Source of the DNA: Torpedo marmorata
Lineage: Eukaryota
Length of the DNA stretch: 64,000 nt
Direction of reading: 5' to 3'
NCBI GenBank assembly: GCA_977017645.1
Contig: OZ360235.1
Location: forward strand, 92,628,001-92,692,000
Shown: one piece after another, positions 50,370-63,023 of the stretch
Layout of the letters: each line of letters starts with the position of its first letter
How positions within the stretch are numbered: position 1 is the stretch's first letter
The notes under the pieces: model-generated
The model's database searches: none
What the model saw: the letters and a program-made list of their open reading frames with translations, nothing else
Told to the model about the DNA's origin: nothing
Translations under genes and position numbers: made by a program

Positions 50370-50940
50370 AGTCTGAGGAAATTTGGCATGTCATCAAATA
50401 TTCTATCAATTTTCTACAGGTGCACTATGGAAAGTATACAGCCTGATTTGGTAATTTAAGTGCCCAGGAACACAGAAGGCTCCAGAAAGTAGCAAGCATC
50501 ACAGGCTCTGACCTCCCATCCACTGCAGACATCGATGTGTGGCACTACCTCATGGAGGCAGCCAACATCATAAAGGACCTCCATCACCCTGGTCACAACC
50601 TTTTCTCACTGCTACCTTTGGGCAAAAGGTTCAGAAGCCTGAAGACCAGCACCTCTTGGTTCTAATTTATTTTCAACAGCTATCAGGCTCTTGAACCTCC
50701 CCTTCTTACACTAATCAGGGACTGCTCCCACACCACAACAGGACTGTCTGCCCTATAGCTGTCACTTTTTTTTTGCACTAAGGAAACAGTGAATATTAAT
50801 TATCCATCTTGTTTTATTTGTCTCTTTTTGATTTATATACACTATTGTTGTCTTTTTAAAAGTACCAGTTCAGCTGCAGCAAGTAAGAATTTCAGAATAT
50901 ATATAGTACAATGAATATGACAATAAACTCGTCATCATTT
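50370..50940 (+). mobile_element. Degenerate Rex1/Babar 3' fragment
   Basis: CATCACCCTGGTCACAACCTTTTCTCACTGCTACC; ends ATGACAATAAAC. Confidence 0.75.
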
Positions 50941-51519
50941 TGTAGAAGAGGAAAAGGCAGAAAAGGTGGGAAAGAAGAAAGGAAGCCAACAGCATTTATT
51001 CTTTAGGGAATAACAATAACTGCCCATTCACTAGCCATAAAGCATTTCATCTGAAGGGATTGCTGCAAATTGGAATTACACGACAGGCAGGAGGGAGCAG
51101 CTTGCACTCACTTCTGAAGCACACAAGAAACAGTAGTTATGGCTTAAGGAGGATGACAATGACTACTCTGGAATCTAAAGGCCACCTCAGCTACTACTGT
51201 TACAAAAATTAATATAATGGTAGGTTGCAAAAGGGTTGTCCCAACATTGTGCTGAGGGATTGTATTGGTCTATAAATGACCCAGGCTGTATTTTAATTCA
51301 GAGATACAGCACGAGAACAGGCCAGAACGTGAGAGGAAACCAGAGGATCCAGAGGAAACCCATGCGGAAATGGAGATTGTACAAACTTACAGACAGCGCC
51401 AGATTCAAACCTGTGTCGCTGGTGCTGTAATAGCGTTGAGCTTACTGATCGGCTAATAGTGCCACCAATAACCTTGCTGCAAATGACCAAGCACACTCCT
51501 TCTCTGTATGCAAGTGGAA

Positions 51520-52110
51520 TGTTCAATGCGAGTTTATTGTCATACACAGAAATACAATGTACAAATGCACTGAAATTCCTGCTTGCTGCTGCCACACAGG
51601 GACACAAGACACACTCACTGCAACTGTAAAAATTTAAATAACCACAAACGCAAGACAGAAAAGGATAAAGGATAGATAAATATTCACAGTTGCAGTTAAT
51701 GCAAGAGAAAAAAGGTGACATTTCATCAGTGCAGACAGATCTTTGGTCCCAGAGTAGTTTGTGGTTAAGAGGTTCTCGAGCTGGAGAACTGTTGGATTAA
51801 AACTACTCTTGAACCTGGAGGTGCTGGTCTTCAGGTACCCGAAGGTAGCAGTGAGAAGAGGTTGTGCCCAGGGTGATGGGAGTCCTTAATGATGTTGGCT
51901 GCCTTCTTGAGGCAGCTCCTCACATCGATGTCTGCAATGGATGGGAGGTCAGTGCCAGTGACAGACCTGACTAGGTTTGCCACTTTCTGCAGCTTTGTGT
52001 TCCTGGCCACTCAACTTTCCAAACCAGACAATGATTCAGTCAATATACTTTCCACAGTACACCTGTAAAGGTTCAACCTCCTCCAACTTCCTAGAAAGTA
52101 GAGATGTTGG
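51520..52110 (-). mobile_element. Degenerate Rex1/Babar 3' fragment (preceded by a V-SINE remnant at ~51295-51460)
   Basis: TTTATTGTCAT tail on + strand; reverse-complement homology to the other Rex1 copies. Confidence 0.7.
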
Positions 52111-52819
52111 TGAGGTGCCTTCACAAAATATTACAGCAAATGTTTTAAACCTTCAGAAGATTGTGCTGGGGGTGGGTAAAATGGTGCAATATTCAACCCA
52201 GCACCGCCAACTTTCAAACCTGATAACAGCACACAATATTTGTTTGATTTAATTGTGGTTCACGTTTCTGGGAAGTGGTTGGGAGATTATCTTCAGTGCA
52301 AGTTTTTTTTCTCTCTTAAACAGGAAGAGCCTTGCGAACTTAGCAAGCAAGCCCTGAACAATCCCTTTGAAATTAGTTTATCAAAGAGATCACACAATGC
52401 AGCATCAACTGAGGTGTTGTGTCCCAGGCAAACACTCCAGCTTTGTTATCTGCTTGCCTTATTGTGAATGCTCTATGTTGGACAGAGCATCTCCTCTGAA
52501 GCATTGTCAGCTACACACCTGTAAGCAGTAAATCAATTCTGTTTACTCCCAATAGCCCACTCGAAAGAGGCTGTACTTTTAAAGGGCCATGCACCTTGGC
52601 AAAGAAATCCAATGGACAAAAGGAAAATCATCCACATCCCAGGCTGCAGGAGGACGTGCAGAGGGATGTGCTGAGGTTTGGCGCAGCCAACATAATAAGA
52701 GCTTTGTGGGGAAGGACCACAATCTGGAGTTCATCTGCTACTGGGCATTGAAGGGCTGAGATTGGTGGGGTAGCCCCTCAAACAACAGAGAGGGTGGGGA
52801 GGGGGGAGTAACCCTGGGA

Positions 52820-53200
52820 GAGGGGCACATTAGACGTGCCCACACCCCCTACCTCACCACCATTCTGGGCCCCAAATAGTCCTTCTAAGTGAAGCAACAC
52901 TTCACTTGTGAATCTGCAGGGATCATCTACTGCATCCGGTGCTCCTGTTGTGGTCTCCTCTACATCGGAGAGACTGGGAGATCGCTTTGTTGAACACTTT
53001 GGCTCTGTCCACCGCAATAGTGGTGATCTCCCTGTGGCCACCCAGTTCAATTCCCCGCCCCATTCCTTTGTCGACACGTCTGTCCATCGTCTCATGCACT
53101 GCCAGACTGAGACCACCTGCAAATTGGAGGAACAACAACTCATATTCTGTCTGGGCACCCTCCAACCGGATGGCATTAATATCAACTTCTCCTGTTTCTG
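52820..53200 (+). mobile_element. Penelope GIY-YIG fragment
   Basis: RLGDRFVEH...DLPVATQFNS...KLEEQQLIFCLGTLQPDGININFS. Confidence 0.85.
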
Positions 53201-54439
53201 TTGCCCCCCCCCAATATGAAGGAGCTGCCTGCTGCAAGTGTATTTTATGTTGGCAGTGAATTTTAGGGACTGGATCACCAAGAGACATCCAGGTGTGCCC
53301 AGCAATCATAAATTAATATTCATATTACCATATGAATGAACTCTAGGAGATCGGCTTTTGCAAACCGGCAATCTCATGTGCCATTTTCATTTGCCATTAA
53401 TGAGTTAAACTGAAAAGCCAGAATATAGCTCAAATCAAATCACCATGCTATCCAGCGAGAGGCAAAAAGAAATGCCTGCACTTGAAAAAAGTGTGAGAAT
53501 TACTTAAAATTTGAGGACTTGATTGAGTGCTACATATAGTTGTTCCTTGCGGCTGAGTGGGATCAGGCGTGGATCTCCCATGCTGATCCGTCTCTCAGCA
53601 ACATTCTGGGCACCCTTTTTTCAAGACTAACCCACCGTGCTGCTTGAAATGTGGGGTTTGAGGTGACACTGTAAAGAGGTGAGTAGCTATGAAAACCTTG
53701 GCATGTCTGCTCGATATTGCTGGGAGATTGCGGACCACCGGCGGGTGGCTTACTCTCTCCGAGGCAAGGCACTGGGCCCCAGCCAATATGTGTGTGTGGC
53801 CAGCAGCCAACGTACTGCACCACAAAGCAAATATTGTGCTCAGAGTGAACTGCACAGTGGATGATGTGGCCAATAAAACTCTTGCCTCAGTGTGTCAGAC
53901 AAAGAGCCGTTGCTTGGTGCTGCTGATGCAGCAGTCAGACAAGGGGTCATCATGAAGGGAAATAAACTTGCAGGGTTATTAAAAGCTGCTGTGATCCAAC
54001 AGCTGATGACATGAGCCATGGGACAGGATTATCTGCCAGAGACACAGCCAATTGTGTCGAACTCCTCCATTCTACACAATCCTTCTCTTAACCTTTCCAC
54101 GGGTTAACATCAGTGACAGCTGGCAGGGTCGTCCCTGCCATGTGCCAATCCCTGCCATGTCAGGGACCTTTCAAGAGGACTGGAGAAAAAAAAAATCATT
54201 TGCCATCAAGAGCTGGGACCCAGCCAGTTACAGTGGGGAAGGGTGTCTGCTGACACTGCCACCCCATTGATCATTCCCGTCTCGAAAACAAGCACAAAAT
54301 ATTCAAAAATAATACACATAAACACATGGCTAATTAACAAGCAGACTTTCAGCTCGCTGAGAGTAACATTTCAATCCAGGATGTACAACGGCATTGTTCA
54401 GAATGGTTTCAAACGGGTGAGTGTTTTTGTAAAAAAATG

Positions 54440-54660
54440 TTTTAACGATACAGAAGGCCCTTCTGGCCCATGAAACCCATGCTGTTCAATTACACCCAAT
54501 TAACCTACAAACCCCGTACGTTTTGGAGGGTGGAAGGAAACGAGCACCCAGAGAAAACCCATGGGGAGAACGTACAAACTCCTTACAGATAGCGCCGGAT
54601 TAGAACCCAGGTCGCTGGCACTCCTACAGTGTTGTGTTAACCACTATGCTGACCGTGCCG
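54440..54660 (-). mobile_element. HE1-like V-SINE
   Basis: Minus-strand CGGCACGGTCAGCATAG head, GGTTCTAATCC, V-domain. Confidence 0.8.
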
Positions 54661-55514
54661 TAAGGGTCAATGAAAATGGGAGTGGAGTGTGCATGCTTTA
54701 GTTCCCTTCCTGTGAGCAGTATCGTGCATTTGCTTACAATAAGCTTTATTTGCTAATGCGGTAGTATTAACCAATGCCTTCAGAGAACCAGATGAGAATA
54801 GAGGTTGACCTGGCTGACACCTGCACTGCCTGTGAGGCCAGGATGTTCAGAACAGCAGACAAACTGCTGTGGGTGTGGGCCACTCCTGGTGTTCGCACGT
54901 CACAGCAGGGAGGAGGATTGTTGGCGTCCCCTCCGCCATAAGATGTCACATGCACGCATGGTTTGTGTCGAGACTGGAATGCATCTGACCAAACACGTTA
55001 CTGGCTGCCTGGCACCAATAAGCAAGCTGTCTGAGGTGTCAGACAAGCAGTTGGGGGAATGGGGCGATTTGCCATCCCACACCTTCTTCCCCTGCTCTTG
55101 AGAACATCCGAGCACCATCAAAGGTTAAAGCACGAGAACATCTTTGGTTTCCCTGTGTGTTGATCTGATCCAGTCTGGAATGCAAGCACTGTATCAGTTC
55201 CCGAGGCAGCACTTGTAGTTATCTCTGACAATACCTGTCAGCTGAGTCTCTCAATCCGGTCAGAAATATCAGGATATTGTAAAGATCATTTTGCAATATT
55301 GCTTCTGTCGTGGTTTTTTTCTTTATATATAAAGTGAGAGGAATTCCTTTGATGGAAATACTAAAGTAGTAGTATGAAACCTACACACCCAGGTCAGGGG
55401 GAGAATGGGACAAGACACAGCAACAACCCTACTTCAGCAGCGCTGCCACGAAACGCAGACTACAACCCTTCTGCAGTACAAACGCTGCGATTCAGATGGT
55501 TGGGGTGGGTTTCT

Positions 55515-56118
55515 TGGATTCTGCACATGGGTGTCAACATCTCCGAGGATCTGTCCTGGAGCCTCCATGTCGATACAATCACTAAGAAAGCTCGCCAGCG
55601 GCTATACTTTGAGGTGTGAGGAGATTTGGTGTGCCACCGAAGACTCTCAAAAACTTATACAGGTGTATTGTGGAGAGCATTCTGGCTGGTTGTTTCACTG
55701 TCTGGTATGGAGGCGCCAACGCTCAGGACAAGAAAAATCTCCAGACGGTTGTTAACTCGGCCTGCGACATCATGGGCACCAGACTTCACTCCATCGAGGA
55801 CATCTACAAGAGGTGGTACCTTAAGAAAGCAGCCTCTATCCTCAAGAACCCCCACCACCCAGGCCATGCCCTCTTCACTCTGCTACCATCGGGAAAAAGG
55901 TACAGGAGCCTGTAGACGAGCACTCAACGGCACAAGGACAGCTTCTTCCCCGCTGCCATCAGATTCCTGAATAATCAATGAACCAAAGACACTTTGACTT
56001 TCCGTGCACTATTTTTATTTATTTTTTGTAAGGTGGTTTATATGAAATTTTGCACAGTGATGCTGCCGCAAAACAACGGATTTCGTGACTCGTTCATGAC
56101 AATGAATTCTGATTCTGA
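55515..56118 (+). mobile_element. Rex1/Babar 3' fragment
   Basis: GVNISEDLSW, KKARQRLYF, YRCIVESILAGC, HHPGHALFTLLPSGKRYRS; tail (ATTCTG)n. Confidence 0.9.
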
Positions 56119-56459
56119 CATGGTGCTCTCATCTCTAAAGTAGACTGAAGGAAAAAGGCTGAGAGATAGAATCATTTACAGCTTGCTCAGACCCTAAAAT
56201 AGAAAGCAAGAAACCTACAACAGACCCTCCCAAAAAAGCCCTCACTTCTTTGAATAATGATGTCACTTTACAAAACACAGGGATCTGATAACAAATGTCA
56301 GCAGAAGAAAGTTGGTAGTCCTTGCCAAAGTCTGATACCTTCTTATGTACCGGCACATGGTGCCCGAGTGCAACGTTGATGGAGTGTGGACTTTTGCTGA
56401 TTAAAGTGCTCATTTAAAATATTTGCTTGTCTAATTTGCTTTTGGATTTTCTTAACCTT

Positions 56460-57640
56460 AAGAGTCAGTTCCACAGAAGGGAAACAGGCCCTTCAGCTCA
56501 ATGTGTCTGTGCTGACAAAACCAGACCCATTTACCTGTGTTTGACCCTTATCCCTCTATACCTTACCCATCCACATACCTGTTCAAATGCCTTTGGAACA
56601 TAACAACCCCCTTTATATTGGTGTCTTCTAGATTTCGACTCTCCAACCCTGGGGAAAAAGGCCGAGACCATTCACCTTATGATTTTGTAAACTTCTCTGA
56701 AGTTCCCCCCACCCCCTCCCCATACTCCTCAGCCTTGTACACTTCAGAGAGAAAAAAAAGTCTATTCAGCCTCTCCTTGAATTATAAGGAATATTCTCAT
56801 GACTCTTCCCTGCACGCTTTCCAGCTTAATGACATATTTCCTACAGCTGGGCAAAACCAGAACTGAGCACATGACTCCAAGTGCAGTCTGACCAACATCG
56901 TGTACAATCATACGGTGATTTCCCTGCTCCTGTACTCAGTGCCCTGACTGATGAAGACATGCATGCTAAGCACCTTCTTTACCAACCGCGTTCCCACATT
57001 CATGGAACTCTGTCCCTGGGTTACAACACTCTCCATTCACACTGGAAGTCCTGGCCTGGTTTAACCCACTAATTACAACATTCTTAGTGGGCAGCACGGT
57101 CGACGTAGCGGATAGTCCATCGCTGTTAAGCGCCAGTGATCGGGACCGCTGTTCGAATCCCGCGCTGTAAGGAGTTTGTACGTTCTCCGTGTCTGCGTGG
57201 GCTTTCCATGTGGGCTCTGGTTTCCTCCCACCGTTCCAAAAACTTACCAGGGGTTGTAGGTTAATTGGGTGTAATTGGGCGGCACAGGCTCGTGGGCCGA
57301 AATGGCCTGTTACCGTGCTGTATGTCTAAAAAGAACTAAAGAGCAAGACCTCATGCATGTCTGAGTTAAATTCCATTCTTAGTCCCACTTTCATCTAGAT
57401 CCTGTTGTAATCTTCAATAATCTCCTTCACCACCAATTTTGGTGTCATCTACAAACTTACTAACTACATTGTCATCCAATCATAAATGCAGATGACAAAC
57501 AACAGTGGACCCAGCACCGATCCCTGCAGCACAGCACTGGTCACAGGCCTCCAATCTGAACAACCCTCCACTACCACCCTCTAACTCCTACACCCAACCC
57601 AATCCTGCATCCAATTGGCTAGCTCACCCTGGGTCCCAGA
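56460..57640 (-). mobile_element. Old degenerate CR1 RT fragment with a nested V-SINE
   Basis: Reverse complement of GATCGGTGCTGGGTCCACTGTTGTTTGTC and TTTGTAGATGACACCAAA (FxDDTK) at ~57430-57530. Confidence 0.7.
57089..57332 (+). mobile_element. HE1-like V-SINE, near full length
   Basis: GGGCAGCACGG head, GTTCGAATCCC B-box, V-domain, CR1-derived tail GGCCTGTTACCGTGCTGTATGTCT. Confidence 0.9.
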
Positions 57641-57647
57641 AGAGAGG

Positions 57648-57810
57648 AGTAAAACACGAAAGTCTGCAGACACTGTGGTTGAAGTAAAAACACAATGCTG
57701 GAGAAACTCAGCCGGTCAGACAGTGTACTTTATGTAGCAAAGATACATAACCAATGTTTCAGGCTTGAGCCCTTCATCAAGGAATGACAAAATGTAGGCA
57801 GGCAGCCTGA
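57648..57810 (-). mobile_element. Penelope terminal repeat with hammerhead-like motif (empty-site counterpart of 5575-7800)
   Basis: Near-identical to 5575-5704 plus 7783-7815 without the hAT insert. Confidence 0.85.
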
Positions 57811-57879
57811 GTCCCATGTGATTTGACCTTCCAGACCAACCTTGCTGCTACTTGCAATTGAAAACTACAACCACACAGT

Positions 57880-58200
57880 GGCACTGGAGTCTCTGCCACT
57901 GCCTCACAGCCCCAGATTCAATCCTGACCTCTGGTGCTGTCTGTGTGGAGTTTGCACGTTTTCCCTGTGACGGCGAGAGTTTCCCCTGGGTGCTCCGCTT
58001 TCCGCTCACACCCCAAGACAAGGTGGTAGGTTAACTGGTGACTGAAGGGTACTCTCTGGTGCATGTTAATGGCAGGAAGAAACATGTGTGTGGGCATGTG
58101 TGACAGAACAAGTTGCAAGGGTAGAGGGGAAGAAGAGGGGTGGAAATATGACGGCTTTCCTGGGAGCCCACTGGATTTGATGGGCTGAAAGGAGTCTAGT
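57880..58200 (+). mobile_element. Older V-SINE
   Basis: GTGTGGAGTTTGCACGTTTTCCCTGTGAC...GGGTGCTCCGCTTTCC V-domain. Confidence 0.65.
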
Positions 58201-59934
58201 CTTGCAATAAGTAAATGGTGAATGTTGCCCATCAGTCTCCCAGTTGAAGTAACCAGGTAGAACTAATTAAATGAAGTTACTGTTCCCGGATTCAGAAACC
58301 GGTGACATGTATCAGAGCATTGAGACTTTGGTGATACAGCAGCTCGGTATAAAAGGAATACCTTGATCAGTGGGTTCATCTCAGAGTGAGTCAGATAGAA
58401 TCTGGTTTGTCAGGCTGATATGTTCTCCATCTTCAAGGGGCTTGCTCTAAACCACAATACACTGTGTAGTTTCAACCAAAATTGGCATCTGAACTAGATA
58501 ACCACACAAAATCATAATATAAACAGATAATTAATTCAGAATAAAGTTATCAACCAAATTAAATTAGATATGGCAGGACAGGATGCTTCATGTTTGGAAG
58601 AGAGAAGAATTGAAGACATTAGACATACAGCACAGTAACAGGCCATTTCAGCCCACGAGTCCGTGGCGTCCAATTTACACCGCATTAAAGGCGCTGAAAA
58701 GGCGTTGCGCTAACCGCTACATGAAGTGGTCAATTAGGGGATAAAATGGGTTGAGAGGAAAGGATCGGAGCTTGGAAAGTCAAGATCGAATCAGCCAAGA
58801 TACTGCAGAGAGCAGAGAAGTTTGGTAGCTGTTTTATACAGACAAATAATAATTCAGAGTACAGAATAAATCAGGAAGTAGTGGGTGGATGAGATGAAGA
58901 TCAAACTGTACTGATGGGATCTTCATTTACTTCGAGACTGCACCAACTGCTGATCATAGTATAGAGGAGAAATTCACCAGAGTGTGTTGCCAAGGAACCA
59001 ATTGGGGAACAAACCATTTCAGATCTGGCATTGTTCATTAAGAGTTAATTAATCAGCTTGAAAGTAACCTTCAAGGAAGAGTGAGCACAATACGATAGAA
59101 TTTTACATCAACATTCTCAGTGATTTATTAAAAATTTCCAGAGCAGTCCCTGCAGAGTGTAGAAGCAGCATCTTTTAAGATAAAGGAGAGAGAAAGCAGG
59201 GAACTATGGTATCACATCAATAGGAAAAACACTGGAATGCACCATTAAGGGAGTGATCACTTGGCAATTAAATTAATTGCAGGATGTAGACTTTTGAAAG
59301 AAGCCTATGTTTGACACACCAGTTCAGAGTCTGAGATTGTAACTACAGAATAGATGAGGGGGAACCAGTGGATGTGGTGTATTCGGACATTCCAAAAGGC
59401 CTTCAATCAGTTGCCACACAAGAGGCCAAATAAATTGGGAGGATATGTACTGACGAGAATTATTTAAAACAGAATGGGAATAAAATGTGTTGCTTTCAAA
59501 AGGGTCTGCAGATGAGCAGGGATCAGTGCTGGGGACCCAGTTGTTTATAATTGGCATCCAGAATTGAAATATATTTAATATATCCAAAGTGAATAAAGCA
59601 GAGCATTTATACAGTACAGGCCCTTCAGCCCATGATGTTGTGCTGAACTCTGTAAAAATACTCCACATCAATCTACTCCTTTCCTACCCCACACCCATAA
59701 CCCTCTATTTTTCTTGCATTCATGTGCCTGTCTAAGAGTCTTTTGAATGTCCCTATTGTACCAGCCTCCATCACCACCCCCGGCAATGAATTCCAGGGCA
59801 CCCACCACTGAATAAAAATCTAAAAATGAACAGGAAAGTTCAGCAAGTGATGAAGAATGCAACTGCTGTGCAAGGATTGGAGCACCAGAGAAAATTCTAG
59901 ACGGAGAAACACAAATAGGGTTTTGATAAAGGAG

Positions 59935-60663
59935 TGAGATAGATCAACTAGTTGAATGGTGTCTCAACAACAACCCTGCACTCAATGTTAGCAAAACTAA
60001 GGAACTGATTGTGGACTTCAGCAAGGGGGAACCAGGAGAACACAAACCAGGTCTCATCGAGGAGTCAGATAGGGTAAGAAACTTAAAATTCCTGGGTGTC
60101 AACATCTCTGAAGATCTATCCTGGGGCCTTCGTGTTGACCAGTGGTTGTACTTTGTGAGGAGTTTGAGGAGATTTGGTATGTCACCAAAGACTCTTGCAA
60201 ATTTCTACAGGTGTACCATGGAGAGCATTCTGACTGGTTGTACGGAGGTGCCAATGCACAGGACAGGAAAAGGCTACAAAGAGTCATGAACTCGGCCAGC
60301 GCCATCATGAGCATTAATCTTCACTCCATTAAGGACGTCTACAAGAGGCGGTGTCTCAAGAAAGCAGCCTCTATCATCAAGGACCCTCACCACCCAGGTC
60401 ATGCCCTCTTCTCACTGCTACCATCAGGAAGGAGGTACAGGAGCCTGAAGACGAACACCCAGTGGCACAGAAACAGCTTCATGCCCTCCATCATTGGATT
60501 TCTGAACGGCCAATGAACCACAGACACTACCTCGCTTTCTCTTCTTTTACACCAATTTATATATTTTTTAAAAATGAAATTTCTAGCTATTTTTGCACCT
60601 GTGATGCTGCTGCAAAACAACAAATTTCGTGACACATGTTCATGACAATAAATTCTGATTCTG
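59935..60663 (+). mobile_element. Rex1/Babar fragment inserted in a Penelope terminal repeat
   Basis: NNLALN..KTKELIVDF-like region, FLGVNISEDLSW, IIKDPHHPGHALFSLLPSGRRYRS; tail (ATTCTG)n followed by CCCGAAACGTTGAC. Confidence 0.85.
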
Positions 60664-60876
60664 TAAGAGTCCCAACCCGAAACGTTGACTGACCATTTCT
60701 ACCCATGGATGCTGCTGACTCGCTGACTGCCTCCAGCTTCTTGCTTGCTCTGGATTATCAGGGCCCTGGTCAGGCAGAACCAGAAAAAGCAGGATTGCCT
60801 ATTACTTTCCATAAATGTTGCATGACCTGCTGAGTCCCTCCAGTGTTATTTTTATATAGAAGTATTGTTCTAGTTT

Positions 60877-61120
60877 GGGCAGCACGGTTAGCACAACGCT
60901 GTTACAGCGGCAGAGATCAGGACCGGGGTTCGAATCCCGCGCTGTCTGTAAGGAGTTTGTACGTTCTCCCCGTGTCTGCGTGGGTTTTCCCCAGGGGCTC
61001 TGCTTTCCTCCCACCGTTCAAAAACATACCGGGGGTTGTAGGTTAATTAGGTGTAATTGGGCAGCACAGGCTCTTGGGCCTGTTACCGTGCTGCATGTCT
61101 AAAGTTAAATTTAAAAAAAG
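60877..61120 (+). mobile_element. HE1-like V-SINE, near full length
   Basis: GGGGTTCGAATCCC B-box, well-preserved V-domain, A-rich end. Confidence 0.9.
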
Positions 61121-62654
61121 AGTTCTCCAGTATCTGCAGACTTCTTGCTTAATCTCCAGGAACATCATGTACAGGTCTGGTCTCTCAACCTCAGTATGGG
61201 TTAACTTGCTCAAGAGTGGAGAGGATGTAATGGAGATTTCCCAGAAGTCAACTCCTGGGATGGCAGATTGTTTTCGGAGCAGACAGATGCAATTGGGCCT
61301 ACATTTTAAGAGGTGATTCCACTGAAACCTCAGAATATCCTTACAGGGCTCGACAGGGGCAATGCAGGAAGGAGGTTGCTCCTGGCTGGCTTGTCTAAAT
61401 TCAAGGGGGTGAGAGGGAGAAAAAGGTGGGGGGGGGGGGGTGGGGGGTGGGCATAGTTCATCCAAGATTCTTTCCCCAGGAGGCCAAGTTTCAAAAAGAT
61501 CAATGGATTTTTAGATTCTAGGAGTCAAGGAGATGTGATGATAGGACAAAAGGTGGGAGAGACGAGGCGGAGATGCAAGGCTGAAGTGGTCTCCTCTGCC
61601 TTGTGTTTCTTATACCCATGATGACCTGAATGTGAACAATGCGCCCTCAGCAGGTTCCCCTACCCTGTATCCTGTTTCCCCCCCCCCCCCCCCACCATGC
61701 ACGCAGCAGGGCTGCAGCCTGTGCCTACATTCTGACCAGCAGGTTCTTTCATTGCCGCATTCAAAGCCAAGCTCCAGGATAAACCTTTTGCTATGTTGAT
61801 GTTACCACCAAGAAAGCACACAGAGACTACTTTCTCAGAAGCCCGAGGAACCTTTGCACCTCCCACAGTTCTCTCACCAACTTTTAGAGAAGCACCACAG
61901 AAAAGTATCCGGTCCCAATGCATCACTGCAAAGGATGGGAACGGCTCCGCCCGAGACCGTGAGAAGCTGCAGAGAGTTGTGAATGTGGCTCAGACCATCA
62001 CACCCACCAGTCCTCTCCCCTCTGACTCATTCTTTACCTCCTGCCACCTCAGGAAAGGTGCAGATATAAGTGACCCATCCCACCTCGGTCACACTTTCTT
62101 CTCCCCATCTGACAGAAGATACATGAGTCAGTGGGACTAGCGGAATGATGTTTCGGCACAGACTGGAAGGGCCGAATGGCCTGTTTTCTGTGCTGTAGTG
62201 TTCTATGGTTCTACAGATTCAGATTTATTGTCAGCGTACATACATGCAACCCCGAGATTCTTTTTCCTGCGGGCGAGGCAGAATTACCACTTATTCGTAG
62301 TGCAAAACTGTACACCTATAAACAATTTCTTAAATGGACCCTTCACTGGCATGGTTTTAACTGTATTTCTCTATACCCTGCACTATGTTTTTCTACTTTC
62401 TCCACACCCTGCACTATTTGCCTTATTGTAACACTCCACCACACACTGTGCATTTGTTATTATTGGGCAACCTGCTGTACGAGTTAACTTTCCTGGATAG
62501 AATGCAAACTAAGCTTTTCACTCCATCTTTCTACACATGACAATAAACAATTTCAAGAACTGATCCAGGAAATGTCATGCCAAAACATGCACAAATGTCT
62601 CCACTTCCCCCCAAGCTCAGAAACCCCTCAGCTGAGGAAGCAAATTATAAATTC

Positions 62655-62945
62655 TGGTCAGTCTTCCAGTGGTGGAAATGTGGCAGCCAAATAATACACA
62701 ACCACGTCCCAAACACAATCCTTCATCAGGTGATGTTTGCTAAGAGAAATATTGGTCAAATAACCAGGGAAAGCCACCTGCTCTTCTACAAATAGTGCTG
62801 GGAGATCTTTGACAGGTGAGCTAACGTCCCTTTAGTTTCACATCTGAACAAAAGGGTTAATAACAGAGTGCAGCAGTGCCTCAGAACTTCGCTGGACTTT
62901 CACCATAAGTGTCCTCAAGGCTCTGGGACAGCACTTGAAGGTACT
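62655..62945 (-). mobile_element. Ancient DeuSINE (SacSINE1/AmnSINE1-like) Deu-domain remnant
   Basis: Minus strand CTGAGGCACTGCTGCACT...AAAGATCTCCCAGCACTATTTGTAGAAGAGCAGG...CCAATATTT...TTGGCTGCCACATTTCC resembles the Deu-domain consensus as I recall it. Confidence 0.7.
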
Positions 62946-63023
62946 TCAGGGACAAAAGAGTGGTGCTGTTCTGAAATGCCAATTTGAAAAGTTGGTGTGT
63001 GAACCCGGACCAATGTTTAATTC

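Noticed and set aside
56335-56413. Possible minus-strand exon MSTLISKSPHSINVALGHHVPVHKK with AAG|GTATCA donor
   Set aside because: Short, no recognisable homology, no supporting neighbouring exons.
57089-57170. tRNA genes suggested by GTTCGAATCC B-boxes (also ~2700, 48140, 60930)
   Set aside because: These are tRNA-derived heads of V-SINEs continuing into the V-domain and LINE tail; no complete cloverleaf.
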